From assembly GCA_947165685.1 (NCBI GenBank), contig CAMVBK010000003.1, positions 39,299 to 103,298 on the forward strand: a stretch of DNA of 64,000 nt, read 5' to 3'. Of the stretch, positions 40,934 through 50,238 are shown one piece after another (the first letter of the stretch is position 1; every line of letters begins with the position of its first letter). The notes under the pieces were generated by a model that had not been told where the DNA came from, ran no database searches, and saw nothing but the letters and a program-made list of their open reading frames with translations. Made by a program: the position numbers and the translations under genes. Origin of the DNA: an uncultured Bacteroidales bacterium (GTDB lineage: Bacteria; Bacteroidota; Bacteroidia; Bacteroidales; WCHB1-69).

Positions 40934-41887
40934 CTAACGCACGCGCAGCCGCTGGCCCTCACGGATGAAATCGCCGCGCAGGCGATTGAGTTTCTTGATT
41001 TTCGAGACCGTGGTGTGGTACTTGATGGCAATCCTGCCCAAGTTTTCTCCTTTGCGCACCCTGTGGTATTGCGCCGAGGCAGCCGGTTTCTTGGGCTTCT
41101 GTTGCTGTTGGATGTCCTGTGCGGTCGGGTTCGGCACGGAGACCGTGTATCCGGAGATGAACAGGGTGTCGTACTTCACCTTGAAGTTGTCGAAGTCGAT
41201 GAGGCGGTTGGGGTTGATGTCGTTGCCGAGATAGCGGACCTCGAAATGGAGGTGCGAGCCGTAAGAGCGGCCGGTGTTGCCGCCGAGGCCGATGATGTCG
41301 CCGGCCTTCACCATTTGTCCGGGGTTGACCAGGCGGCGGGAGAGGTGGCCGTAGTAGGTCTCCAAGCCGTTTTCGTGGCGGATGACCACCAGGTTGCCGT
41401 AGCCGCCGGTGTTGGCCGTGCCTTTGGAGATGCGGACGATGCCGTCCCAGGCGGCCGCCACGGGGGTGCCCTCCGGGTAGCCGAGATCGACGCCGCGGTG
41501 CATGCGGCGGTGACGGTAGCCGTAGTTGGAGGTGATGCGGTATTGGGCCGGATGGTGGTAGCCCGTCAGGTCGATGGTGTCACGCGCCGCCGAACCCGTG
41601 TGACGGTAGTGGATGGTCACGATGTCGAAGTTCTGGTACAGGTTGAAGCCTGGCATCCAGTTGAAGTAGGTGAACAGCAGGCCGTTGCCGTGGTCCACGT
41701 TGTCAAGGTTGGAGTCATACATCGAGTTGATGAGGTTGCCTAAGGAATCCTCCTCAATGTCGGCATCAATGTGCGCGGTGTCGTTCACCACGTTGAACTG
41801 GATAATGTTCTCCTGCGCCGACATCTGTCCGAAAAGAAGCAGGCACAGCGGCAACAGGAGGATATAACGGATTAACATTCTGCTCAT
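40934..41887 (-). CDS. M23 family metallopeptidase with C-terminal LysM domain
   Basis: HRGVDL, GNTGRSYGSHLHFEV, and a LysM YHRVRKGENLGRIAIKYHTTVSKIKKLN. Confidence 0.85.
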   Translation of the reverse strand: MSRMLIRYILLLPLCLLLFGQMSAQENIIQFNVVNDTAHIDADIEEDSLGNLINSMYDSNLDNVDHGNGLLFTYFNWMPGFNLYQNFDIVTIHYRHTGSAARDTIDLTGYHHPAQYRITSNYGYRHRRMHRGVDLGYPEGTPVAAAWDGIVRISKGTANTGGYGNLVVIRHENGLETYYGHLSRRLVNPGQMVKAGDIIGLGGNTGRSYGSHLHFEVRYLGNDINPNRLIDFDNFKVKYDTLFISGYTVSVPNPTAQDIQQQQKPKKPAASAQYHRVRKGENLGRIAIKYHTTVSKIKKLNRLRGDFIREGQRLRVR

Positions 41888-41890
41888 AGA

Positions 41891-42175
41891 CTAACGTTTG
41901 CTGGTTTTGCCGGGACGGCGCTGGTTTTTCTTGTTTGCCTTGTGCTTGATCGTCTTCCCGTCGTGGCTCTTGCGCGTGGAGCGCTTCTTGATGTAGTAGG
42001 TCGTGTTCTGCGAGGTGGTGGCGTTGCGCTTGGGCGTGTGGTTGGTGCGAACCTTTTGATAACGGGTAGATTTATGTACGTGGTTGCGAGAGCTATTGCA
42101 CGCGCACAGCGACAACACCAGCATGGTGCAGAGGAACAAGACAACGCTCTTCAAATATCTGTTTTTTGCATTCAT
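41891..42175 (-). CDS. Small, highly basic lipoprotein
   Basis: Lipobox LSLCAC. Of 94 aa, about one third are K/R/H. Confidence 0.45.
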   Translation of the reverse strand: MNAKNRYLKSVVLFLCTMLVLSLCACNSSRNHVHKSTRYQKVRTNHTPKRNATTSQNTTYYIKKRSTRKSHDGKTIKHKANKKNQRRPGKTSKR

Positions 42176-42288
42176 TTTCCTGAGAATTTAAGCCGCAAAG
42201 ATACACTTTTTCACAACAGCCTCGGCGAAAAAACGAAAATAAAACTGGAAAAAACTAAGAATCAAACACTTAAAAATCTTACCCGCAA

Positions 42289-42350
42289 TAATCTTTCTAA
42301 TCTTTCTAATCTTTCTAAACCTCCTAAACCTCCTAAACTTCCTAAACCTC
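42289..42350. repeat. Tandem nonamer tract (aatctttct x3, then aaacctcct-type x4)
   Basis: taatctttctaatctttctaatctttctaaacctcctaaacctcctaaacttcctaaacctc, 40 nt upstream of the MFS start. Confidence 0.9.
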
Positions 42351-42389
42351 AAAATTTCGTATTTTTGCCGCCCGAAAATAAAGAAAGAA

Positions 42390-43577
42390 ATGTCGGAGAC
42401 CAAAGAAGTTTTATGGAATCGGGAATACATCAAGGTGATGGTGGCGAATTTCTCGCTTTTTTTTGCTTTCTACATCCTCACGCCGTTGCTCCCGATTTAC
42501 CTTAGCGAGCATTTCGGGGCCAGCAAGGATGTGATCGGGCTGGTGCTGTCGGGCTACACGGTGGCGGCGCTGCTGTTCCGCCCGTTCAGCGGCTATGTGG
42601 TCGATTCCTTTGACCGGAAAAAGGTGCTGGTGTTCTTCATGCTGCTGAGCTTCCTGTTCTACGGCCTTTACCTGCTGGCGGGCACGCTGCTGCTCTTCGC
42701 CCTGGTGCGCACGCTCCACGGCGGGCCGTTCGGGGGGTGCACCGTCGCCAACTCCACCGTCGCCATCGACGTGCTGCCCTCCTCGCGCCGCAACGAGGGC
42801 ATCGGCTACTACGGGCTGAGCAACAACATCGCCACGGCCATCGCCCCGACGGCCGGCATCGCCCTCTACAAATACTTCGACGACTTCAACATCCTGTTCG
42901 TCGTCGCCCTGCTCTTCGCTCTGCTCAGCACAGTCGTCGCCGCATCCGTGAAACTGCCCACACGTCCAGTCCTCGCCGACAAGAAGAAGCTGTCGCTCGA
43001 CCGGTTCTTCCTCATCCGGGGCTGGTTCATTGGCGCCAACATGATTTTCTTCGCCATCTGCTACGGCGTGATGAGCAATTATTTGGCCATCTACGCCAAG
43101 GAGACGCTGGGCATTACCAGTGGCTCGGGTACCTTCTTCCTGCTGCTCTCCATCGGGCTGATTCTGTCTCGATTGCAAGGAGGTAAGTCTTTGAGGGAAG
43201 GGAAGTTGGTGCGAAATGCCGGCGTCGGCATCCTCATCTCCACCGTTGGCTACACCGTTTTCATCATCTCGCCGCACCCGGTCTGCTTCTACGCCTCCGC
43301 CCTGTTGGTGGGGCTCGGCAACGGGCACCTCTGGCCGGCTTTCCAGAACATGATCATCTCGGTGGCGCACCACAACGAGCGCGGCACCGCCAACTCGACG
43401 CTGCTCACCAGCTGGGACCTCGGCATGGGGATTGGCATCGTCCTCGGAGGAGTCATCGCTGAATACCTCGGCTACGCTGCGGCCTTCTGGACCGTGGTGG
43501 CCGTGCACGTCGCCGGCGTGGCCATGTTCTTCTCCACCACACGGAAAATGTTCGTACAACGTAGATTAGATATATAA
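42390..43577 (+). CDS. MFS transporter
   Basis: 395 aa with about 12 TM helices. The loop 2-3 motif is PFSGYVVDSFDRKKV. Confidence 0.85.
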   Translation: MSETKEVLWNREYIKVMVANFSLFFAFYILTPLLPIYLSEHFGASKDVIGLVLSGYTVAALLFRPFSGYVVDSFDRKKVLVFFMLLSFLFYGLYLLAGTLLLFALVRTLHGGPFGGCTVANSTVAIDVLPSSRRNEGIGYYGLSNNIATAIAPTAGIALYKYFDDFNILFVVALLFALLSTVVAASVKLPTRPVLADKKKLSLDRFFLIRGWFIGANMIFFAICYGVMSNYLAIYAKETLGITSGSGTFFLLLSIGLILSRLQGGKSLREGKLVRNAGVGILISTVGYTVFIISPHPVCFYASALLVGLGNGHLWPAFQNMIISVAHHNERGTANSTLLTSWDLGMGIGIVLGGVIAEYLGYAAAFWTVVAVHVAGVAMFFSTTRKMFVQRRLDI

Positions 43578-43621
43578 GTGATAACGCCGTCGTATTACGG
43601 TATCCAAAAAATGATAAGATT

Positions 43622-45964
43622 ATGATGACAACGCGTAAATGGACAGGCAGGCGGATGCTGCCGGTGTTCTTTGTCTTAAGCCTTATGGCAGGTCTTCTCG
43701 AAGGGTATGGCCAGAATTCCATGCTGGTCAACCAAAGCTACGACCCAGTCGCTGACTCGCTCTTCTTCAAGGAGATGCAGGAGCGGATGGCGAAGATCCG
43801 CCGCACCCAGCACCGTCCGACCGTGGCCTTGGCACTGGCGGGCGGCGGGGCGCGCGGCACCGCCCACATCGGCGTGCTGCAATATTTGGAGGAGAAGGGC
43901 ATCCCTGTGGACTTTGTCGTCGGCACCAGCATGGGCGGACTGATGGGCGGCCTCTATTCCCTCGGCTACAGTGTGCATGAAATCGACTCCCTCATCCGCG
44001 GCATCGACTGGAATGTGATGATGAGCGACGAGATTCCGGCGGAGTACTACTCCTACGACCAGAAACGCTACAAATCCACTTACCTGCTGGACTTCCCCTT
44101 TGACCGGAAGAAATTTGTCAAGAGCCTCCCGTCCGGCATCAAATACGGGTTGAACATCTATAACTTGATGAGTTCCAAGACCGTGGATTATCAGGGCAAA
44201 ATCGATTTCGCCGACCTCCCGTTGCCCTTCTGCTGTGTGGCCACGGAGATCGTGACCCAAACCGAGAAGCACTGGAGCTCCGGCGACCTGATCAGTGCGC
44301 TGCGCTCCACCATGTCCATCCCGGGCTACTTCCGCCCTGTGCGGGTCGATTCCATGATCCTGTCGGACGGCGGCACCAAGAACAACTTCCCTGCGGATGT
44401 CGCTAAGGCTGCCGGCGCGGACGTCATCATCGGCGTGGAGCTCTATATGCCTCGCGACTACGACGAGGTGAACAACATTGCGGAGGTGCTGATGCAGACC
44501 ACCCAATACTCCGGCAGTTTGGAGGCGCACAAGCGCAACGTGCAATACTCCACAATCTATGTCACACCGAATCTGGCCGGCTACGGCTCGCTGAGCTTCA
44601 GTACCGAGGAAATCGACAAGATGATCCGCATCGGATACGCGGCGGCGGCGCAGCACGAGCGGGAGTTCGACAGCCTGGCCGACATCGTGGGCCATGGCGG
44701 GAGAGTGCTGCAAAGTCCCAAGGCCATAGACCTCGCCACCACGAAGGTGCTGATCTCCAAAGTGCGGTTCGACGGTCTCAGTGACAAGGAGATGAACTAT
44801 TTCAAAGACAAGCTCCGCATAGTTCCGGGCACGCGCTACGGCAAGCACGAGATCGAGATTGCGCAGTCGGTCATCTACAGCACCATGGCCTTCTCGCAGG
44901 TCACCTACGAACTCGTGGCCGACAGCACCGGCGAGGGCTACTCGCTGGTTTACGACTGCGTGAAGCGTCCGATCAACGCCTTGGGCATCGGCATCAGGGC
45001 GGACACGGAGGAGTGGATGGCCATCCTGCTGAACGGCGGCTTCGGCCGCAACCGCATCTTCGGTCCAAGGCTCGATGTTACGGCGCGGTTCTCCATCTCC
45101 CCCTACCTGCGCCTCGACTTCTGCTACATCCCCGTCCGCGGACCCATGTTCGGCATCGCGCTGAAGTCGCAGTACCGCACCCTGAACGGCGCCTTCAGCT
45201 TTGACTTCGACGGTATAGGGGACGACCCCGACGCGGAATACGAGCCCGCCCAATACTACCAGAAAACCTGGCGCAACGTCCTCGACATCTACGGGGCCGA
45301 CACCCACTGGAGCCGCCTCGACCTGCGGGTGGGCTTCCGTCTCGAACACACCCCCTATTACAACATTTTCTCGACCTTCGGGCTGGTGAAGGGCTGGGAT
45401 TGGGCGAACTTCCACCCCTACCTCTATTTCCGGCTCACGTTCGACAACCAGAGCGACCGCTACTTCCCGGACAAAGGCCTCCGCGTCACCGCCAGCTACG
45501 ACTACAAGCCGGTCAATACACATTACGCGGCGGCCAGCATACAGGGCACCATCCCCGTGTGCCGCTTCTTCCACATCATCCCCTCGCTGAGAGGCCGCTA
45601 CATCCTGGGACATGCTGACGGCAACGACTACATGTACAACTTCGTGGGCGGCGTGTTGGAAGGACGGTATTTTGACCACCAGATGCCGTTCATCGGCTTC
45701 AACGGGAGCACCAACTGCCAGGACTTCCTTACGATGGTCGATGTCGATTTCCGTTTCAAGGTCTATAAGAACCTGTACCTCTCCCTCGTGGGTGCGGCGA
45801 TGCACGACGGCAACGTAAACGGGATGAGCGAGCACGCCATCTACGCCGCCGGGCTGAAGGTCGCCTACAAGAGCAAGATAGGGCCGATACAGGCCAATGC
45901 CCACTGGAACAGCAAGAACAAGAAACGGGTGGGATTCTATGTGGGGGTAGGGTATGACTTCTGA
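43622..45964 (+). CDS. Patatin-like phospholipase with C-terminal Omp85/surface-antigen-like beta-barrel
   Basis: ALALAGGGARGTAHIGVL (oxyanion GGGxRG), GTSMGG (GxSxG) and DGG. The long C-terminal beta-rich region ends in GVGYDF. Confidence 0.85.
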   Translation: MMTTRKWTGRRMLPVFFVLSLMAGLLEGYGQNSMLVNQSYDPVADSLFFKEMQERMAKIRRTQHRPTVALALAGGGARGTAHIGVLQYLEEKGIPVDFVVGTSMGGLMGGLYSLGYSVHEIDSLIRGIDWNVMMSDEIPAEYYSYDQKRYKSTYLLDFPFDRKKFVKSLPSGIKYGLNIYNLMSSKTVDYQGKIDFADLPLPFCCVATEIVTQTEKHWSSGDLISALRSTMSIPGYFRPVRVDSMILSDGGTKNNFPADVAKAAGADVIIGVELYMPRDYDEVNNIAEVLMQTTQYSGSLEAHKRNVQYSTIYVTPNLAGYGSLSFSTEEIDKMIRIGYAAAAQHEREFDSLADIVGHGGRVLQSPKAIDLATTKVLISKVRFDGLSDKEMNYFKDKLRIVPGTRYGKHEIEIAQSVIYSTMAFSQVTYELVADSTGEGYSLVYDCVKRPINALGIGIRADTEEWMAILLNGGFGRNRIFGPRLDVTARFSISPYLRLDFCYIPVRGPMFGIALKSQYRTLNGAFSFDFDGIGDDPDAEYEPAQYYQKTWRNVLDIYGADTHWSRLDLRVGFRLEHTPYYNIFSTFGLVKGWDWANFHPYLYFRLTFDNQSDRYFPDKGLRVTASYDYKPVNTHYAAASIQGTIPVCRFFHIIPSLRGRYILGHADGNDYMYNFVGGVLEGRYFDHQMPFIGFNGSTNCQDFLTMVDVDFRFKVYKNLYLSLVGAAMHDGNVNGMSEHAIYAAGLKVAYKSKIGPIQANAHWNSKNKKRVGFYVGVGYDF

Positions 45965-46012
45965 TGTTGAAAAATATTTTTCAACAACCCTTGACAATAT
46001 CAAAAAAAAGTC

Positions 46013-46020
46013 TATTTTTG
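46013..46020 (+). promoter_or_regulatory. -7 promoter box TAttTTTG upstream of rplM-rpsI
   Basis: Matches TAnnTTTG 111 nt upstream of ATG 46132. The leader contains the hairpin at 46081-46106. Confidence 0.4.
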
Positions 46021-46131
46021 CGCGCTTAAAAAAACTCGATTATTATCCTTAAGTTAGCAAAGGAAAAAAATTAAAAATCAGAGAGATATGGGTGAAGATA
46101 TCTCTCGCAAAAAAAAGACAAAACTGAAAAA

Positions 46132-46587
46132 ATGGATGCAGTAAGTTACAAAACAATTTCGGCGAATGAGAAAATCGTCAAGAAAGAATGGGTGGTCGTT
46201 GACGCCCAGGAGATGGTTGTGGGCCGCCTTGCTACACAGGTGGCGCGCATTCTGAAAGGCAAGAACAAGCCTTATTACACGCCTCACTTCGACTGCGGCG
46301 ACAATGTGATCATCATCAACGCGGAGAAGGTGAAGTTCACGGGCCACAAGTGGACGGACAAGCAGTATGTCCACCACACCACGTATCCCGGCGGACAGCG
46401 TTTCGCGACCCCGCGGGAGCTGATGCGCAAGGACCCGAGACGCATTCTGGAACACGCCATCAAGGGCATGCTCCCGAAAAACAGACTCGGTGCCCAACTG
46501 TTCCGCAACCTCCACGTCTATGTGGGACCCAACCATCCGCACGAGGCCCAGCAACCCAAAGTCATTAACATTAAGGATATTAAATAA
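46132..46587 (+). CDS. rplM: 50S ribosomal protein L13
   Basis: WVVVDAQEMVVGRLA and the HTTYPGG pattern. 151 aa. Confidence 0.95.
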   Translation: MDAVSYKTISANEKIVKKEWVVVDAQEMVVGRLATQVARILKGKNKPYYTPHFDCGDNVIIINAEKVKFTGHKWTDKQYVHHTTYPGGQRFATPRELMRKDPRRILEHAIKGMLPKNRLGAQLFRNLHVYVGPNHPHEAQQPKVINIKDIK

Positions 46588-46589
46588 CA

Positions 46590-46976
46590 ATGGAAGTAAT
46601 CAATACATTAGGCAGAAGAAAAACCGCCGTCGCGCGCTTGTACATGAAACCCGGCAGCGGCCAAATCACGGTCAACAACCGCGACTATAAGGAATATTTT
46701 TGCGTTCCCACCCTGCAGTACAAGGTCGAGCAACCCCTCCAGGTGGCCAACCTGATGGGTCAGTATGACATCAAGGCTAACCTCGACGGCGGCGGCGTGA
46801 CCGGCCAGGCCGAGGCCCTCCGCATGGCCATCGCCAAGGCGCTCACCCAAATCGACCCCGAACTCCGCCCCGCACTGAAAGCCCAGGGCTTCCTGCGCCG
46901 CGACCCGCGTATGGTGGAACGTAAGAAACCCGGTCAGCCCAAGGCCCGTAAGAGATTCCAATTCTCCAAACGTTAA
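46590..46976 (+). CDS. rpsI: 30S ribosomal protein S9
   Basis: GRRKTAVARLYMKPGSG...GGGVTGQAEALR...RRDPRMVERKKPG..KARKRFQFSKR. Confidence 0.95.
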   Translation: MEVINTLGRRKTAVARLYMKPGSGQITVNNRDYKEYFCVPTLQYKVEQPLQVANLMGQYDIKANLDGGGVTGQAEALRMAIAKALTQIDPELRPALKAQGFLRRDPRMVERKKPGQPKARKRFQFSKR

Positions 46977-47082
46977 TCGGAATTTCACTTGGACAGTGTT
47001 TAGTATCGAAACGGTGAAGATTCCCGCTTAGAGACTACTCCACCGTTGCTTTCAAGAATGTAAACAAATCAAAAAAAAGAAA

Positions 47083-47895
47083 ATGTCAAACGTACAATTT
47101 GAAGAACTTTTAGAAGCTGGTTGTCACTTCGGACACCTGAAAAGAAAATGGAACCCCGCCATGGCTCCCTACATCTTCATGGAGAAGAATGGCATCCACA
47201 TCATCGACCTCTACAAGACGATGGACAAGCTTGAGGAAGCCTGCAGCGCCGCCAAGAGCATCGCACGCTCCGGCCGCAAGATCCTCTTCGTCGCCACCAA
47301 GAAACAAGCTAAGGAAACCGTAGCCAGCATGGTCAAGGAAGTGAACATGCCCTACGTGACCGAGCGCTGGCCCGGCGGCATGCTCACCAACTTCTTCACC
47401 ATCCGCAAGGCTGTCAAGAAAATGAGCGACATCGACCGTCTGATCGAAAGCCCCCAATTCCAGAACATCTCCAAACGCGAGCGCCTGCAAATCAGCCGCG
47501 AGCGCGCTAAACTGGAAAAGAACCTCGGCTCCATCAGCGACCTGTCTCGCCTTCCTGCAGCCGTCTTCATCGTGGATATCATGAAAGAGCACATCGCCCT
47601 GGCCGAGGCCCGCAAACTCGCCATCCCCACCTTCGCCATCGTCGATACCAACTCCGACCCGCGCATGGTCGATTTCCCCATCCCGGCCAATGACGACGCA
47701 TCCAAGTCAATCGCCGTGGTCCTCAAAGCCATCTGCGACAGCATCCGCGAAGGACAGGCCGAGCGCGAGATGAACAAGGACCGCATGGAAGAGGAAATCG
47801 CTGAGATGAACGCCGAGAACGACGGCGAAGAGCGCGAGAACGACGACCGCGACGGCGGCAGACGCAGAAGAGTGTCCCGCAAAAACAACGAATAA
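47083..47895 (+). CDS. rpsB: 30S ribosomal protein S2
   Basis: LLEAGCHFGHLKRKWNPAMAPYIF, ILFVATKKQAK, with an acidic C-terminal extension. Confidence 0.95.
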   Translation: MSNVQFEELLEAGCHFGHLKRKWNPAMAPYIFMEKNGIHIIDLYKTMDKLEEACSAAKSIARSGRKILFVATKKQAKETVASMVKEVNMPYVTERWPGGMLTNFFTIRKAVKKMSDIDRLIESPQFQNISKRERLQISRERAKLEKNLGSISDLSRLPAAVFIVDIMKEHIALAEARKLAIPTFAIVDTNSDPRMVDFPIPANDDASKSIAVVLKAICDSIREGQAEREMNKDRMEEEIAEMNAENDGEERENDDRDGGRRRRVSRKNNE

Positions 47896-47925
47896 TTTTT
47901 AATCACGAAAAAAACTTACAACAAT

Positions 47926-48933
47926 ATGGCTAATATTACCGCAGCTGATGTTAACAAACTCAGACAAGAGACCGGTATCGGCATGATGGACTGCAAGAAA
48001 GCCCTCGTGGAAGCCGACGGCGACTTCGAGAAAGCACGCGACATCCTCCGCAAGAAAGGACAGAAAGTGGCCGCCAAGCGCGCCGACCGCGCCTCCAACG
48101 AAGGACGCATCATCGCCAAGACCAACGCCGACAGAACTAAGGGCTACATGCTCGCCATGGCCTGCGAGACTGACTTCGTGGGCAAGGGCGAGGAATTCGT
48201 CAACTTCACTGACAGCGTCCTCGACAAAGCTATGGCCGCTGACATCAAGACCAAGGACGAACTGCTCAACATGAACTTCGACGGACAAACCGTGGCCGAG
48301 AAACTGATCGAGATGACCGGCAAGACCGGCGAGAAGATCGAATGCCCCGACTATGAGGTGATCGAGGCCGCCTACGTGGAGGCTTACAACCACATGGGCA
48401 ACCACAAAGCCACCCTCGTGGGCTTCAACAAGACTGGCGAAAAGGTTGCCGAAGTAGCCCACAACGTCGCTATGCATATCACTGCCATGGCTCCCGTCGC
48501 CCTCGACGAGAATGCCATCCCGCAAGATGTGAAAGACCGCGAACTCGCCATCGGCATCGAGAAGACCCGTCTCGAAATGATCCAAAGAGCCGTTGATTCC
48601 GCCCTGCACAAAGCCGGCATCAACCCCGCCCACGTCGATAGCGACGACCATATCAACTCCAATATGGCCAAGGGTTGGATCACCGAGGAACAGGCTGAAC
48701 TGGCCCGCAAAATCAAGGCTGAGGAAGCCGAAAAGGCTGCCGCTAACCTTAACGAGAAACAAATCCAGCAAATCGCACAAGGCCGCTTGGTGAAGTTCTT
48801 CAAGGAAAGCACCCTCACCTATCAAGTGCTCGTGATGGGCAGCGACGGCAAAGAAAGCGTCGGTGACTACATCAAGAGAATGGAAAAAGGATTGGCCTGC
48901 ACAGGTTTTATCCGCAGACAAATTGGTGAATAA
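47926..48933 (+). CDS. tsf: Elongation factor Ts
   Basis: ITAADVNKLRQETGIGMMDCKKALVEADGDFEKARDILRKKG is the UBA-like N-domain. Confidence 0.95.
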   Translation: MANITAADVNKLRQETGIGMMDCKKALVEADGDFEKARDILRKKGQKVAAKRADRASNEGRIIAKTNADRTKGYMLAMACETDFVGKGEEFVNFTDSVLDKAMAADIKTKDELLNMNFDGQTVAEKLIEMTGKTGEKIECPDYEVIEAAYVEAYNHMGNHKATLVGFNKTGEKVAEVAHNVAMHITAMAPVALDENAIPQDVKDRELAIGIEKTRLEMIQRAVDSALHKAGINPAHVDSDDHINSNMAKGWITEEQAELARKIKAEEAEKAAANLNEKQIQQIAQGRLVKFFKESTLTYQVLVMGSDGKESVGDYIKRMEKGLACTGFIRRQIGE

Positions 48934-48965
48934 TAATCGCCAATTGTTTTGGTAATATGATGGAA

Positions 48966-48990
48966 GCGCGAAGAGATTCGCGCTTTTTTT
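48966..48990 (+). terminator. Rho-independent terminator after tsf
   Basis: Stem gcgcgaa / ttcgcgc with a short loop, followed by T7. Confidence 0.7.
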
Positions 48991-49015
48991 ATGGAATACC
49001 TAATCGAAAAAAAAG

Positions 49016-49023
49016 TATCTTTG
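49016..49023 (+). promoter_or_regulatory. -7 promoter box TAtcTTTG upstream of fba
   Basis: Matches TAnnTTTG 63 nt upstream of ATG 49087. Confidence 0.45.
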
Positions 49024-49086
49024 CCACCCAATTAGCATTCATTGAACATAGAACAATAAACAGTAATTAGTAAACAATAAACAGAC

Positions 49087-50166
49087 ATGTCAGAGAAAAT
49101 CTTATCCAAAGTGAAACCCGGTGTGGTTTATGGCAAGGATCTCCAGGAGATCTTCCACATTGCAAAAGCTAACAAGTTCGCTCTTCCGGCAGTGAACGTG
49201 GTCGGTACCGACTCGATCAACGCCGTCATGGAGGCCGCCAAGGCGGTGAACTCCCCGGTGATGATCCAGTTCTCGAACGGCGGCGGCGTGTTCTGCGCCG
49301 GCAAATCGTTGAGCAACGACGGCCAGGCGGCTGCCATCGCCGGTTCCATCTCCGGAGCCATGCACATCCACCGCATGGCCGAGATGTATGGCATTCCCGT
49401 GGTCGTGCACACCGACCATGCCGCCAAGAAACTCCTCCCCTGGATCGACGGGCTGCTCGACGCAGGTGAGAAATACTACGCCGAGAATGGCAAACCGCTC
49501 TTCAGCTCCCACATGCTCGACCTCTCGGAAGAGCCTCTGAAAGAGAATATTGAAATCTGCAAGAAGTATCTGGCCCGCATGGCCAAGATCGAGATGACTC
49601 TCGAAATCGAGCTCGGCATCACCGGTGGCGAGGAAGACGGTGTCGATAACACCGGCATCGACAGCGCACGTCTCTACACTCAACCTGAAGATGTGGCCTA
49701 CGCCTACGAAGAACTCAGCAAGATCAGCCCCAACTTCACCATCGCCGCCTCCTTCGGCAACGTCCATGGTGTCTATAAACCCGGCAATGTGAAGCTGGAG
49801 CCCATCATCCTGCACAACTCCCAGGAATACATCCAGAAGAAGTTCAACACCGAAGCGAATCCTGTGAACTTCGTTTTCCACGGCGGCTCCGGATCCGAAC
49901 CCGCCAAAATCAAGGAGGCTATCAGCTACGGTGTCATCAAGATGAATATCGACACCGACACGCAATGGGCGTTCTGGGAAGGCGTGATGAACTACTACAA
50001 GAAAAACGAAGCCTACCTGCAAAGTCAGATTGGCAACCCTGAAGGCGAAGACAAACCCAACAAGAAGTACTACGACCCGCGCATGTTCCTGCGTGAAGGC
50101 GAAAAGTCCATGGTCGAGCGCCTCAAAGTGGCGTTCAGCGATTTGAACTGCATCGACAGACTGTAG
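49087..50166 (+). CDS. fba: Class II fructose-bisphosphate aldolase
   Basis: FALPAVNVVGTDSINAVMEAA, VVVHTDHAAK, LEIELGITGGEEDGV, FHGGSGS. Confidence 0.95.
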   Translation: MSEKILSKVKPGVVYGKDLQEIFHIAKANKFALPAVNVVGTDSINAVMEAAKAVNSPVMIQFSNGGGVFCAGKSLSNDGQAAAIAGSISGAMHIHRMAEMYGIPVVVHTDHAAKKLLPWIDGLLDAGEKYYAENGKPLFSSHMLDLSEEPLKENIEICKKYLARMAKIEMTLEIELGITGGEEDGVDNTGIDSARLYTQPEDVAYAYEELSKISPNFTIAASFGNVHGVYKPGNVKLEPIILHNSQEYIQKKFNTEANPVNFVFHGGSGSEPAKIKEAISYGVIKMNIDTDTQWAFWEGVMNYYKKNEAYLQSQIGNPEGEDKPNKKYYDPRMFLREGEKSMVERLKVAFSDLNCIDRL

Positions 50167-50167
50167 T

Positions 50168-50222
50168 CGGCTGTTGGCTGTTGGCTGTTGGCTGTTGGCA
50201 GATATGCCAAACGCCAACAGCT
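50168..50222. repeat. Tandem heptamer (ggctgtt x4) plus inverted copy, forming a hairpin between convergent genes
   Basis: cggctgttggctgttggctgttggctgttggcagatatgccaaacgccaacagc. gctgttggc pairs with gccaacagc. Probably a bidirectional terminator for fba and rnhA. Confidence 0.8.
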
Positions 50223-50238
50223 AATGGCTAAAAGCCCA

